Of a DNA stretch of 64,000 nucleotides, positions 24,087 through 38,205 are shown in pieces (the first letter of the stretch is position 1; every line of letters starts with the position of its first letter). The position numbers were made by a program, and so were the translations under genes. The stretch is from positions 10,857,693-10,921,692 of the forward strand of contig JAHRHZ010000092.1 of the NCBI GenBank assembly GCA_024137785.1, in the 5' to 3' direction. The notes beneath the pieces were generated by a model. It was not told where the DNA came from. It saw only the letters and a program-made list of their open reading frames with translations, and made no database searches. Source of the stretch: Ginglymostoma cirratum (taxonomy: Eukaryota).

Positions 24087-26189
24087 AACTATGATACATA
24101 GCACATGGCTGTAAGGTTTCTTTTTACAACATTCCCATTAAGACAAATTACTTCAGCAAATACATGGTTTATGCAGGAGGGGAAACATAAGCTCACCCTC
24201 AGCTTAATCACATGCACTCTGGGTTGAATTGGTCCTGATCACCATTCACAAACTGCTTTGTAAAAGAAAAAAAATTTTAGTTTTAAAAGTATTTGTTCAA
24301 TTTTATCTAAAAAGGAATTTTGCCCATTCTAAGTACTGGGTCTCCATTAGAAAGGAGAAGGCATTTCTCTGAATCAATGAGTATGATTTTTCATTTTTTG
24401 TTTACATGAAGTGATCTCCGCTTCATGGCTTTGCACAGACTGGAAAAAAAAAGTTCAGCAGCAATGGTGCAGGTGGAGCGAGCCAGATGTTCGAAGCAAA
24501 AGCCCTCAGGCACCTCCCCACCCCCCCAACAACCCCTGAAGTCCACCAACTTGCCTTTTAAAATGGTGCACAATCCAATTGCCAAAGTTACCACCAGACC
24601 ACACAATACATCAATTCGATTAAACAGATTTCAGCCTCTTTCAGATCATGATTGACATTCACACGTGCATAGCTGAAGTGCTCACAAATTTCCAAATCTG
24701 CAGCAGTCAGAAGTGGGGAGGGAAAAAAAATAAACCGCAGGTCAGTAACTTGAGAACTGCCAATGTTGAATCGCAAACTTGTATTTCTCTCTTCATTAAT
24801 TAGCCATGAGCAGTTGCGTTTTGAATGAAGTGCCAGTCTCCTAGTCAACCTTGATGAAGCCCTAAAATGCTGGGAACGTTTGATACTTGGTGCATCTGCA
24901 TTTATGGCCAAGGCCAAAAGGTAGCAGTGTTCACATGGTCTCTTCACTTCATCCATCAACACAGCCGGAGCTTCCACATGCAGGTCATGTAGTGCTGTGG
25001 GTTTGAAGCAGTCAAAAAGCTGCCAGGGCAGCAGAAAGCTGAAGAAATACCATGAGGCGGAGAAGAAAGAGGGTATACGTTGCCAGTTTCCAAAAAGGAC
25101 CCAAAGCTTTCTGGCACAGGACTCAACAGTTAAAACAACCATTTTACTTTTAATAACATGAGAACTTGTAGTACAAATCGCTCCAAAATGAGAACTATTT
25201 GAATAAATGCAACAAAAAAAAGTTATAGACACCAGTAATAAAGGATGTGAGCTGTTAGCCTCTTAGGAACACAACCAACCATTCTTTACATACACAGTTA
25301 CTATTTGTGCAAAGAGTAACACCTACCCAAATTGTCAGACCAATATCACATTATATATTCAAAACACGGTTTATTTTTAATTCAAATAAGTGTTAATTAT
25401 CATAATGAAAACATTTTACAAGTGTAGCGTACCAAATAAGATGTCGGGTGCAGCTCCATCCCCATTTATCCCCCCCAGCTTCTTCAGTACAATCATTGAG
25501 GGGTAACTCATTGGTGTTTGACAGAGATTGGGGATACGCCTTGAACAAATTCCTTTCAAATTTAAACTTCACCAACAAGCTCTTTGCTTTAGAATTCTAG
25601 GTTACGCATTTAAACAGGCTAAAAAGATACACAGAGCAGCGATACAGATGAAACCAGGATAAACTTATGGCGAGTTCACTGCAGTAAAACTCATAGTTAT
25701 AAAGCAGTCTGTTTGACGACATCACTAGATACACATCATTACAGCATTTTAATGCAAATAAGCCCACATCTTTTATAAATTAATATAATTGACCTTTTCA
25801 GCATATAATTTATAAACTGAATGTAAAATACATTTGAGAGTTTGGAACAGAAGTATGTAAATTATTAAAATTCAGTGAATTGAGTCAATTTGAATATCAT
25901 TTTGAAGTTTTAAAGAACTACTGTGGTGCTTGTGAGACAGCCATTTTTCCCCACCTTCACCCTGTTCACTTGTACACCCACTACTGTTTGCATGCTGGAA
26001 GCAGTTTTGTCAAAACTAGTGAAAGTTCATGAGACATCTGGGCACAGTTTATCACTTACATATCAAGAAATAGTAGACGTATGACAAATCACTTCACTTA
26101 CTACCCCTACAGATGCAGAAGGTGGAAACCAGCATTACAGAGAACTGATGCATCCACTATCAGTATTTTTGGATAGACAATAGAACTAC

Positions 26190-26400
26190 TTGAAGTCAAA
26201 ACAGAATTTACTGCAGAAAATCAGCAAGTGGACACAGTTAATGTTGAGTCCAATATGACCCTCAGTTGGAAAGAAGTCACATTGCACTCGACACATTGTT
26301 TCTTTCTTTCTCCACAGGTGTTGCCAGACCAGCTGAGTTTCTCCAGCACTTAGTTTTTAATTTCAGATCTCCAGCAACCACCAGACTTTGTTTTTATTGT
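26190..26400. mobile_element. Old fold-back PLE-terminal remnant within the putative UTR
   Basis: tctccacaggtgttgccagaccagctgagtttctccagcac...ttcagatctccagca. Confidence 0.6.
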
Positions 26401-29400
26401 AGTACCACTTGAGTTGTAAGGTTGTAAAATTAATTGTCGTAGGTGGTAGGAGAACAGAAAAGATACATATTTACATTATAGGGGAGGGCAATAATCTCAA
26501 GCACAGTGATGGGTCATTCGCATTTTTCAATTCATTACCTTCTTGTGCTCCATTTCAGAAAAATGTGAAAAAAATCCTGGCAGTCAGGAGATTCAAGATG
26601 GCCTTCTCCATTCAAGTCCAATTAACGCACAGCCCAATTACCCAGATATACATTCAATAGTCCATTGTTCCAGTTCAAATTACAATCAAAAGATGAGAGG
26701 AGGGGAGAATTACCTGCATAAAAACCTAGCAGACTAAAAGGTAAAAAAACTTTACATTGGACAGGGAGTGAGCATCTTATATTAAAAAAAAGGAAAGGAC
26801 TGAACCATAACTATGTTTAAAAGAACAAGCACAAACCTTTTGAGTATTCTTCCGTGGAAGTGCTACACCTTGCTAACAAAAAGATGTGGGTAGTTAACTT
26901 CCATCAGCACATGCAGAGTTTATTGAATGTTTCCCTATAATCATTTATAGGGAGCAACGAAACATGGAGCAGCTTACAGACAGTATGTTAGGTGGAGTAA
27001 AGGCGTTGATTTCATCTGAAATGATCAGTTCAGCAAACAGAGGATGGATTACAGAAAGAATGAGACACAGATGGAACAGACTAACTTAGGTGGAAATTAA
27101 GAAGGAACATGAACTACCTGCAGAGAAATACAATAAACGGCAATTTACCATGTGCATTAAATTCAAAACTACACCTGATTTATTTGGGGCCAATGCATTG
27201 TGGTTGGAGTGTCCACTTTGTATTTTATGGAGCCTTGATGAAAAACCAAATACCCCAGCCCTGTTCTATTTTCTTCCACAAAACATCTCAGTATAGCCTG
27301 TTAACTTCATTGATCATAATAGTTTAAGATTTATTTTAGGTCATTTGTCAACTTAGGAAGACACTCATTTCGCCACCAACCACATCTACCTTGATTACTA
27401 AAGATAGGGTACATGATGGTGGACACAGTAATTGGGTATGCACAAATCTCACTTGGGAAAGTTACAAATAAATTAAAAACAGAAACAGTTTTGACACTTT
27501 TCTGAAATCATTTGCAAGCTCTGCAAATGTCTAATTTGGGAATTAGTTAACTTGCTCTTTAAATATATATATATTCCTTTGATCAATGAAGTAATTTACA
27601 TTTTTTATTCCCTCAACCTCTGCAGACTCTTCACTGCGTGCCAGTTCAAAGGCATTAGCTGGCCCTTCATACTTCAAATGTTATATTTTTCATCAGTGAG
27701 GATAGGCAAATGGATGTTGATGGGTTCCATGTCATGGGTGGCACTACAGCTAGGCCTATTTCTACCATTCTGCCAATAGCCACACATGTAGCCTCTAACT
27801 GGAGAAAGGCAGGAACAGTGGCAAAGATGTTTTGTTACCCTATCCTCCAGGGTGGTCAATTGGCGTTATCTATTGTTTCATCTTGATTGAATCTGTTCAG
27901 ATCTTGGTCTACATTGCTCAGGACTTCACACTTGATAATCAATTGATCAACTGAGCCATTTGGTAAGATTCCATTCAATTTCCTTTCTATAAAAGGAACA
28001 CTCTGAGTCTACACTTAGCATTAATGACCCTCTCCTTTCATTTATAATGCAACACCATTACTCCAGTTATTCTATGCACATTTATTTTGTAATCATTAAA
28101 ATTACAGCAAATTAACAGCCATAGAAAGAACGGTTTTGGACAATGCCTGGACTTTAAATCTGTCTCAAGTATATGACAAACCACATAAGGGTGGACAAAT
28201 CCCTGAACAAACTGGATAACAAACTGGCTTAAATAAATCCTCCAGTCACCCAGATCAAGATGTGAAACTGATCTTTTTCCATGCACGACCTGCTTTCAAA
28301 GAGAGATACAATGAAGAAATGAAAATTGGACTGCAGTCTGAGTTTAAATGAAGGAACTAAAGGCACTACACAGGAGATGAAGAGTCCCTGCTGGCCTTCC
28401 TAACATAGCTTTCTACCACCGTGGGCTCACTGGCAGAGTGGTTTGGCACAAGTAATATGTAGTCCTAGGTAAGTAACAAGGAAAGACATAGAGTTTCAAC
28501 TCAAAGCCAGACAGTGCAGAATAGGAACTATATTTTTTATATGCAATCCTTCTGGATTGTCAAAAAGTTAGACTACCAATTTCAGGAGGCAGTTCTGTGT
28601 GGTAAGCTTGTGAAACCAGAAACTACCTCAATACTGTCCTAAGCTGGGATTTATAGGGTCTGCAGAGACACATTCATCAGTCGGGCCTGGAAAAGCTGTG
28701 AGAGTGAGCAGTGTGCAAACCGTCTTGCATTATGTAAGTCTCTAGTGCACATTTGTACAAACTTTCCTACTGACGGCAAACAGAATATACCTCAGACTGG
28801 AGGCAAAATGTGGGGAATGCTGCAAGATATTTTGTGGAACCCACTTTATCTTTTCAGTTGAAGAGTTGGGGATTGAGGATTTGGTTATTAGTATACTACG
28901 CCTGATGCTTAGACAGATGTACATAACATACAAGGGACAAACTTATTTTAGGGGAGGATATAAACAAATCTTGGCAGAAGAAATGAGGAAGAGGCATCTT
29001 TTAAGTTTATCAGGAGCTAATGTGAAAATGATATCTATTTTATAATGATTTGTATTGAGTTTCAATATCATATTTGCACAAAAGAGTCAGCAAGCTATAG
29101 AAACACTCAAGTTATCCAATGCATGGAGGTATTTTTTAAAATTCAATGGTCTGCATCTAAATAGGTAGAGATTTCTTCCCCTATTTTTCTCCCAAAATTA
29201 AAACTTTACTTCCCACACTCAGTCCTTCAGTTTCATTATCTTGGATATCATCTGTCTTGAAGCTCCACAAGACTATAGCGTTAGCATACTTGTGAAATTT
29301 CTCCGCCTGCACTTATTTCCTAATATAAATCCAGTAAAAATAAAAGGTTTAAAGTCTCAGCGTAAAGAGCAAAGGCATCCTGGATGAATGCATTGAGCAT

Positions 29401-30691
29401 CTATACACAAGAAGAATAATTTTAAGAGTGTTAAATGCTTACTTTTGAAGGGGAGGGAACAACTAAAACCACTGAATTATTTCAGGAATTGACCACATTT
29501 GGCCATCAGTTTGAAGAACAGCCTCCAGGTGGGGCTAATACCACTAAAAAAAAGTTAAAGTGCAAATTGATCAATAGGCAATTGTGCAAAAACCCCCAAA
29601 CTAGTTAAATTTCAAACAGCTCAGGTATGGTTTATTTTGACAACAATTACTGCAGAAAGCTGAATGCATTGATATACAAGGTATTGGGTACATCCTTCTT
29701 GACTGCAAACCAACCTTTTTTAGTTCAGGAAGGTTTTCTTAATCTAAGAATTGTCATTACTGCTCAAATCTAGGATCATCTTGCATTTCAATTTATGTGC
29801 TTCCTCAAATTGAGTGGATTACACCATCCTGGATACATCTGTAAGGTATTAAGCATCCAAGACTGACTTGGTTTGGCTTGTCCTTGCTGCTGACAAACAT
29901 TTCAAGCTGTGCACCCATGTCGCATCTTCTCATTCATCCGAATAGTTATCAGGTAATATCAAAAAATTCACTATGTTGTAAGGCCCTGATTAATTCCTCA
30001 ATTCAGGACACAAGACTATGAGCTATCTCAAGACAGACAGAGGAAGAGAGCGAGGGGAGGTGGGGAGGTGGAAGAGAGCAAGGGGAGGGGGTGGGAGGCT
30101 GAGGTGAGGAGGAGGGGAAGAGGACAGAGGAGGATGAGAAGAAATTTCTGTAGTGTTACTACCTTAAGAAGAAAAACAGGCACTATGATAATCACAACTT
30201 TTAACAGATTCCCAGAATACTGGTACCGTTACAAAGCAATTTCATCACATCTAAATACCACAAGTTAGTAAGATGCAGTTTACTGGACAAGCAGTGCTCC
30301 ATACAAATGGATGTTTGCAGGGTATTGGCAAGATGTGAAAAACAAAAAGTTAGCAACTCTCCTCTGTGCATGAGTCTGCTCAGAACCTGAGACTTTCCTT
30401 TTCTAACAGACTCTCTTTCCCCATAATGATCCAGTTCTGAAGTTACAGCAAGGCAAGATGTGGCAGGATCACATTCAGGCTCAGCTTCAAGGTCAATTTC
30501 CAATCCCACCTAAAGACTGATCTGCAAAACTTCACCACAGGCCAGCTATATTTGGGTTCAAATTGATTTAAACCTAAGTTATTTTCGATGACACTTTTTG
30601 CATAATGAGGCTAATTTATAAAACCCAACATGCCAATGTATCTGTTCTTTTACTTTGATGTTTACAGCTGTTATCTGGTGCTTTGCACGTA

Positions 30692-30753
30692 GACCCAATA
30701 TCATTCCTTAAATAGTAAAGAGGACCCAATATCATTCCTTAAATAGTAAAGAG
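30692..30753 (+). repeat. Perfect 31-bp tandem duplication
   Basis: gacccaatatcattccttaaatagtaaagag x2. Confidence 0.95.
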
Positions 30754-33541
30754 GGAGAAAAATTGAAAAATAATCAATGGTTTAGTAAATCATTGGCCTC
30801 TTTCTTCACTGATGCACTGGGGAATGACTTGCCATGTGTGGTGTGGTGGTGGGGTCTTGAAGAGGCATAGAACCCAAGCTATTGCTGCACACCAACTCCT
30901 TTCAGTATCATCTGAATTGTGAAGACAGTTACAGAAGTTCACTGAAATATTTTATATTCACTCAGATTTATTTAGCTATTAACGTTTTCAGATAACAATA
31001 TCGAACCCAAAAAGCTCACAATTTTGCTTTGAGCCAATTTCATCCAATTTTTGATCCAAATTCAGCAGGAGATAAACAGAAAATTAGACAGCCTGTTAAT
31101 CCTCAAAAGGGTAACTTAGCTTCCTTTCCCTTGTAAGGGAGCACCACTCAATTCGAAAGGAATTAATGCCCAAATGCTGCAGACAAGACACAGTGCAAGA
31201 CTAGCCACTTATTCAACATCAAGTCAGATTTGTCAAATCAATCTATTTTCAGGAGGTACTTCTCTGTCTAACCATGTACATCGTGGCATGGCTTCTGCTG
31301 CTGGAAGATTTGCTGGTTATCAGTTGCGAGAAGAATTCCAATTTCAGATAAGACCATACCAATCAATTTCAGAAGTAGTCTATAATCTAAAAAAATTTAG
31401 ACTGCAGCTCCTTTTACTCATCTGCCACACCAGCTTGTAATTCAGAAATGGATGAGTTAGGGATAGAGACTCAGGCAGACAATTGCCAGGTTTTTAAAAA
31501 TATAGCTTCAAAGCTAAGCCAGGCCTTCCTAATGAAGTAGAACTTTGTTAACTTTGAAAATCTGGAATCATTAATCAATCAGTAATCGCTGATGGCTATG
31601 AATGAATCATCCTTTCCCAATATCTACCAGTCATTAGGATCATAACTGGGAGGCAAGGCCTGTGCCAACACAAAATTTTTTGACATAGAATCAGAACAAT
31701 CTATTCTTAAAACATTCAGAAATATACATTTGCAAAAAAAAAAGATATAAAGTTGAATAATTGGTCAGCATCTTATATGGAAACAATGGATCACTGGGAT
31801 GTCCACTTCACATTTTGTCCAGTCAATACGCACAACATTGACTAGATACAAAAAAAAAACACACACACAAACACATAACATTTTAGTGTTTGTTCTATTA
31901 TTGGAGAGACCATAACTGTACGTACCATACCCAAATTGGCAGAGCTGGATATTTAGATTAACTAAGTGTTTTAAAATTGATTCGCTGGCACAGCCCTATG
32001 GGGGGAAAGAAATGCTAAGAACACACTGGCCAGGTATTGATGAATTTGCCTCCTGACCTGAAATACATGATTTGTTACAAACTCTAGACAGGAGCTTAGT
32101 AGATCAAAGAACAAACGGCTAAAAATAATGGTAGTGTTAACGAACAATGGCATGTTTCATAGCAACTGCCACTCAGCTCATTAAACAATTAATTCTTGCA
32201 TTTACAGTGGCATGTGTAATGTGGGTTCTCAGACTTGGGGCTGTGGAATTTGAACTTTAGGATTATAAAACCTCAATATATATATTTTAAGAGGACCCCT
32301 CATGCAGCCTTCACACCAACTTTGACAGTGAACTGGTTCAGGACTGGCGTTGCTCAGGCATTTAGTTGTACATGTTTATATTTTTGATTCTCCTCCAGCC
32401 CCCATTCCATTTCCTTTAGGCACTGATTGGTGCTGAGGTATGATTTAGTGGGCAGTGGCCACCCTACAACATCTTGCCAATTTGGCCATTCTTCAAGTTT
32501 CAGCCGAGTGAGGCTATTCAAACACAGGATCTATCACAGCACTGCTCAATACAGTCCACGCGTATTTGCTTTTCTAGCAGACATCAGTGGGCAGATACAC
32601 ATCAAAAGTGAAACACCTCAGGATGGTTATAAAACATTAAGTGATAGATCATGCATGTGCTAACATGCCATTCAAGCATTATAATTATTTATTCTTTTAA
32701 CAAAAAAAAAAGCCATTTCAGAGGAAGTCACATCTAAACCACCTTAACTACTGCCTGGATGGATGCAAGGCACCAGCCAAGATACGATTAACTTTTGCGC
32801 AATTAAAAAAGGGATGGGGAACACACAAACCATCGAAAGTGAGGGGAAAGTTTGACATGAAGTTGGCTGACACTTTTAGTTGGCAACAGGTTGTCCTTTT
32901 GTGTCAAGAGGCTCCTAGTTGACACTACAAAGAAGCAGGTCTGGCTAGTTAGCAAAAAAGGGTAAAAGATGGGGCAGCAGTGGGGACAGACAACAAATGT
33001 GGTCCTGAAGATAGGGCAAACATGGAAGGAGGAGGAAATTCTGCCCATTAGTAATGATCCAGGACAGTTTCAATCAGATTCTGACAGGGACCAAATTAGG
33101 CATGTGCTAACCAGAACAGATCAAGCTAGTGAGAACGAGACAAAAGAGGTTCTAAAGTTCCACAGACATCAGCCACTGAAGCTGTATTGATATTGGGAAA
33201 ACCAGCATTAAATCTCCTTTTGCACAAAGCACTTTCATGCAGCTGCTCACATCATTGTTATACAGACAAACCTCTTTACTACAAGCTCTACAGAATCTTA
33301 GGACACACAGATTTTATCATAACATTAATTTAGTGTGTTTTTTCCTTAAAACAAATGTCCCAAGGTTAGAATGGCTTCCCAAATGAACCATCTTTACAGA
33401 CGTACATCTACATGCTGGGCTCGGTCATTCTACCTAGGATAACTGCTCATGTTCACACCTCGCTTTAAACAAATATTGCCACGAGGCCGTGTCCACTGGG
33501 CACGTCTGCTGTGAATTAACACAGTCCGCTTGAAATTTGCG

Positions 33542-33547
33542 TTTATT
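33542..33547 (-). terminator. Candidate proximal poly(A) signal
   Basis: AATAAA on minus ~470 nt after the stop codon; hexamer only. Confidence 0.35.
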
Positions 33548-34020
33548 TTTAATAAAAGGTTAAAATAGCAGCACGTGATCTCAAAAACAATTCTCTAAGC
33601 AAGAGTTGGCACTAACCAAAAGTAAATAAAGCAACTTTCTATATTGGCTTAGAAGGGAACAAGTTTAAATTAAATAAGCAGTAGAGTTTGTCTGTATAAT
33701 TAACTGCTTAAACATTGTGCATTTTGAGAAATCACTCTGAAGTGGAATCTGTGCTGTGTTTCACAAAACCCACTGTGAAGTTATGGACTGTTTCTTTTTG
33801 CAGTCACTGCAGTATTTGGGTATTTAATCAATTTCCTTAGTGCCATGTCATTTGTTACAACTATGATTACACTGCTCTGTACAACAGAAAAGGGTTCCAT
33901 AACCCAAGGCAGTTTTGAAAAAGAACCCAGTTATGATACCTGGCATATTTATAACCCAATTCACAGTTTACTTGGCCGTTCCGTCTGCAGTTGTGTTCAC
34001 AGATGTTGCTGAAGTGGCCT

Positions 34021-34315
34021 CTAAGGTGTTGGGGGAGGCGACTGTGGTGGTGAAGGAATCATTGTTACAGGTGACGGGCACTGAAAGGCAGTGTTCGAGG
34101 TGGGAGAACTGGGAACAGCACTGATCAGGTCCATGATTGGCTTGTCGTAAAAGAAGAAAGGGCACTGCTGGATGAAGAGCTCGATGATAGTCTGGTACGT
34201 CCTGGTAGCTGTCAGAGCATCCATGGTCTGAAAGTCAGGCCTCATGAGCGTGGGCCAGAAACAGATGGAGAGATTCTCACTGTTCATCAGATTCAACTTG
34301 CAGTTCTGACTGACC
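34021..34315 (-). CDS. ARHGAP35: ARHGAP35 terminal coding exon (end of GAP domain plus Pro/Ser-rich tail, TAG stop)
   Basis: tttcatttcag|GGTC...; [56 protein letters not shown]...[11 protein letters not shown]. The [17 protein letters not shown] segment is p190A-type, not ARHGAP5-type. Confidence 0.95.
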
Positions 34316-36653
34316 CTGAAATGAAATGGAACCCAGTAGTCTATATAATACATTGAATAAAGACAGCATAAACAAAACATTTAGCTGCACCCTGCTGAAA
34401 GCAGCCTCCCTAATCCTTGTGTTACCACCTACTCAAATGGTGAAGAGTACATTTCCCTCTTTTCCTGCACCTACAAACATCCCTCCCATCTCCCAAGACC
34501 ATTTGGAACAGAAATGAACCCATCAGCATCACAAGGAAAAATCATTTCGTTAACAAAAGTACTTTTCTCCCCCTTCCCACTGAAAACTGCCAATTAAAAT
34601 AAATACTGCTGTGATTAGAAGTAACAGTTCAACCTACAGTTTTTAAGAATATAGCCAATTGTTATTTCAATGCAAAACAATGGTTATGTTCCTTCCTAAC
34701 AGCACAATGGGTGTCCCTGCAGCTATTCAAGGAGGAAGCTCACTGCCACCTTCTCCAAAGCAATTAGGGATGGGCAATAAATAGTGGCCCAGCCACCAAC
34801 ATAAGCAAATTTAAAACAAAACCCTGAAAGTAGGTCAGGGAAAGGAGAAAGAGTGGATGACAGTACTAAAGCCTGGCTGAATCTGACACTTTTTTGTTTG
34901 TCAGTTAGGCTGGTGCAAAGTGGTACAAGTGAGCAAAAATACAAGTAGCTGAATGAAGGATCCTAACAGGAAACAGAATGTATTAGGGGCTTGTGAAACA
35001 CTTGCAGAAGTGACACTACAGATAGTATTGCCAGAGAAATTTCCCAGCTCTTTAATCAGCTTAAATGAGCATTAAAATGAAATAATGGAACAGAAAATGG
35101 TGTACAAACATGGTTTACTGATCTAATAATATCAATAGCAAAAAAAAAAACAGTGGTAGTAAAATCTCCATCCTGAAGGATGTGGTTGCCTAGTACTTTT
35201 GGTCCTTCCAGATTGTGAGTTGCAGCCATATAATGGCAGGTCATCAAAAGTGAACTCAACAAGTCTAGTAGCTAAAGAATTGGCCACTAAAACTGTCAGA
35301 TCGACCTAACTGGTTCATCAACATCCTCAAAAATAGGGAACCTGCCAGACCTACCCAGTCCAGCCTTGGCTTGGCGTTCTCCAAAACAGTATAGCCAAGG
35401 AAGTACAGCAAACTTGGTCTTAACTGGTACCTTATGAACCGGCAATCTCGACAAACTGGCAAAAATTATACATCTCAAATATTGGAAGTTCACTGTATTA
35501 TTGCTATCTCCAATGTCAGAGTAGTCAGTTGAGGGAGTGAGTGAGAACGCTCTCTGGTGGTAAATTTTGTTTAAGGCAAAGTTGATTATTTAAATGATTT
35601 ATGCTGTAACTAAATTATAACAGTCATGTGTATACCCTCACATCTCTATCACTGGCTTTTTTTTTTAGAAAACATTGAGGGGTCCACAATCAATCAAACT
35701 GAATACTTGAGTGCTGGAATACTGGATCAACTGGCACACTCCTGGTCCCATAGATGCTGGTTAATAAAAAGTTTGCTGTATCTGATTCCTTCAACTAGAG
35801 CAAAAGAAGCAGTGCCACCCACACCTGCTTCCATCCCAAAAGAAACAGTGACTTCAGATTTTGGGTCTACACGCTGTACAGGAACACCTTGGCTAGAAAT
35901 GAAGAGAAAGAGGATACAAAATATTATAGCAGAGTTGATTTTCTTTAGACCACAGGGTCAATTTATATCCCTTGTGAGAATCTACCGTTTTATCCCATGA
36001 AAATTCTGGGATATGATCAAGTGCACACTTACTTGAAGTACCGATAATGAAGATTCCACTGAGTTGAAGTGAAAGATGTGGAACAAAGCTCTGACAAAAG
36101 TTTGACCTCTTTGGACAATTCTTATTACAACACAGTAGCATGGGAATTTCAGAACATATGCTGTTTCTGCACTCGGGTCTAATTAAATAAATTCCTGTGC
36201 TCACTTTCAATACAGGAATTAATACTTATTTTTAAACAGGTTAATGCCTGCATTGAAGTGTACACAAGAATTTAATCTGACCTTGCTATAAAGAATACAG
36301 GAATACAAGGTCAGGAAACAACATGATAACTCCAAAAGGATGAAAACCTGGTCTGTAATTTCATCTCTATGGTGCTTTAGCTGAGAAAAACTGGAGTTGT
36401 AGCACAGGCAGACCTATGCAGTTAGTAATTTTAAAATCACACATACATATAAGGGCAAGCATTTTAAATTCCTAAAGAGATTTACTATCTTCTTTGCCTT
36501 AAATTGATCTGTATCATTAGAAGACAAAAAAAGACAGGTCTCAGTTATTCGAAATATTGGTTTATGATATCCTCTGCACCATTAATTAGCCAGGTCAATT
36601 AAGCAAAATCTTAATGCGGATAACCTTACTGTTTGTATCAAGCAATTACTTAC

Positions 36654-36759
36654 TTGTTTAAGTGGGTGATGACATATTTGAAGACCTCATAGTTCTCTTT
36701 AGGAAACTTCTTCAACACTTCCTTAAGTGCATTCAACTTTACCTCCTTATCAGGCTGTT
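36654..36759 (-). CDS. ARHGAP35: ARHGAP35 RhoGAP-domain exon (106 nt)
   Basis: tttttcttccctcag|AA...AACAA|gtaagt; translates (K)[34 protein letters not shown](K); in frame with neighbours. Confidence 0.95.
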
Positions 36760-38009
36760 CTGAGGGAAGAAAAATGAGTAGTTTAATGCAGACAGCGTGT
36801 GGATCATCACAGTGACTCTGTCATGAGCTGCATTAGAGTGGCAGCAGCCGAATCCACATGCACCACAACACAATGCAGATCCTACAGTGGAGGGTGGTAT
36901 ATGGACCTCAGTTCATTTTCCACATTTGGGGATTGGGAAGGGGTGGGAAGGGGAGCAGATTTGATGAAGTGAGGAGAATCTTACCGCCCTTCACTGTTCA
37001 TGGGTAAAGTTGATCACCTAGTATAGTACAAGACCACAGAAAACAGATGAGCATGCATTAGATTCCTGGTCTGAGTTGAATTGATGGGAAAAAGAAAGCT
37101 TTATCATGGTAAAGGTTTCTTCACAAATACTGAAGTTCGCATCATCCAGACATACTGATAATTAGCTGATTACATTCCATCAGGTAATTGTTTCCTATTT
37201 AACCAAACATTGTACTTATAAAATTGTAACCACAGCAAAAACAACAAACATAACTCGTATTAGCAGGTTTCAAAACATCAGAATTATCATAACTGAGAAC
37301 CTTCCTTAACTTCTACATCTCTTCTATAAACTCTAGACAGAGCATCAGCAAATACAGTTTTCGTCAGCCACATGCTTAACTTTTAGTTGAAGAGTTGCGG
37401 CATCAAATTCCAGCAAAACAGGCGAAAATTGCTCAAGCAGAACTTCTCTAAAAGCACTAGTAGCTTATGATCAGTGTAAATTTGTGGCTCTCCTTGATTA
37501 TTCAAAACATATTTGTCAATTTGTTGGAGCTCTAAGTCAGGATCTAACAGTTTGTTGAAAATTGTGGGGTATTTGTTTGTGAGGAGCGCAGAGGTAGGGG
37601 AACAGAAATGAACTATGCAACAACAGTAGAGAAGAGTGGTAGGAAATTCCATCTGCAGCACCTCTGCTGCATTCTCCAGATTCAATAGGAGGACCAAACA
37701 AATGCTAGCGTTCTTCTTGAAGACAGCTCTACAAGAATTCAGACACATCTCACGCCGAACTAATTTCAAAGCGACGAACACTGTTTGAATGGCCAATACG
37801 TAATGCTTTTCTCAACACACACATTGCCAGCATTTCAGGGAAGGCAAAAGAAAACACTAAGAAACTCAAACTTCCCTTTAAGCGTAGCTGCACTGACATT
37901 AACGAGTGGAGGACCTTGCTACCAGTCAAAGTGGCAATTGTTCGATCAGCAAGCTACATCATACCTCAAGGAAAAATGATACAAGAGAAGGAAAGATAAA
38001 AAGAAAACA

Positions 38010-38205
38010 AATACTGGGTCAGTTGGTTTGTGAACAGTGTGGGTTCAATTCCTGTCACTAGCTGCAGTTACCACGAAGGAGTCTCCTTCTCGACTTCTCC
38101 CCTTGCGCCAGGTAATACAGTTCACAGGTTAAAACACCAACACTCGTCTCCCTCTAACGAACGAGCAGCCCTATAGTCTGGTAAAACTATGGCGAATTGA
38201 CCTTG
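38010..38205 (+). mobile_element. tRNA-derived SINE, family B
   Basis: B-box GGGTTCAATTCC; related reverse copy at 47275-47490. Confidence 0.6.

Larger units (their letters stand above)
24060..34020 (-). other. Putative long (up to ~10 kb) 3' UTR of ARHGAP35
   Basis: Follows the stop codon, is AT-rich and almost free of transposons compared with its flanks, and ends at a well-formed poly(A) signal. Confidence 0.55.

Noticed and set aside
24588-25232. 214-aa ORF in the UTR region
   Set aside because: No recognisable domain or splice structure, atypical composition, and no clear ATG start.
33961-34023. Programmed stop-codon readthrough or selenocysteine extension of p190A
   Set aside because: TAG-AGG is not a known readthrough context, a second in-frame stop follows 8 codons later, and no SECIS was recognised.
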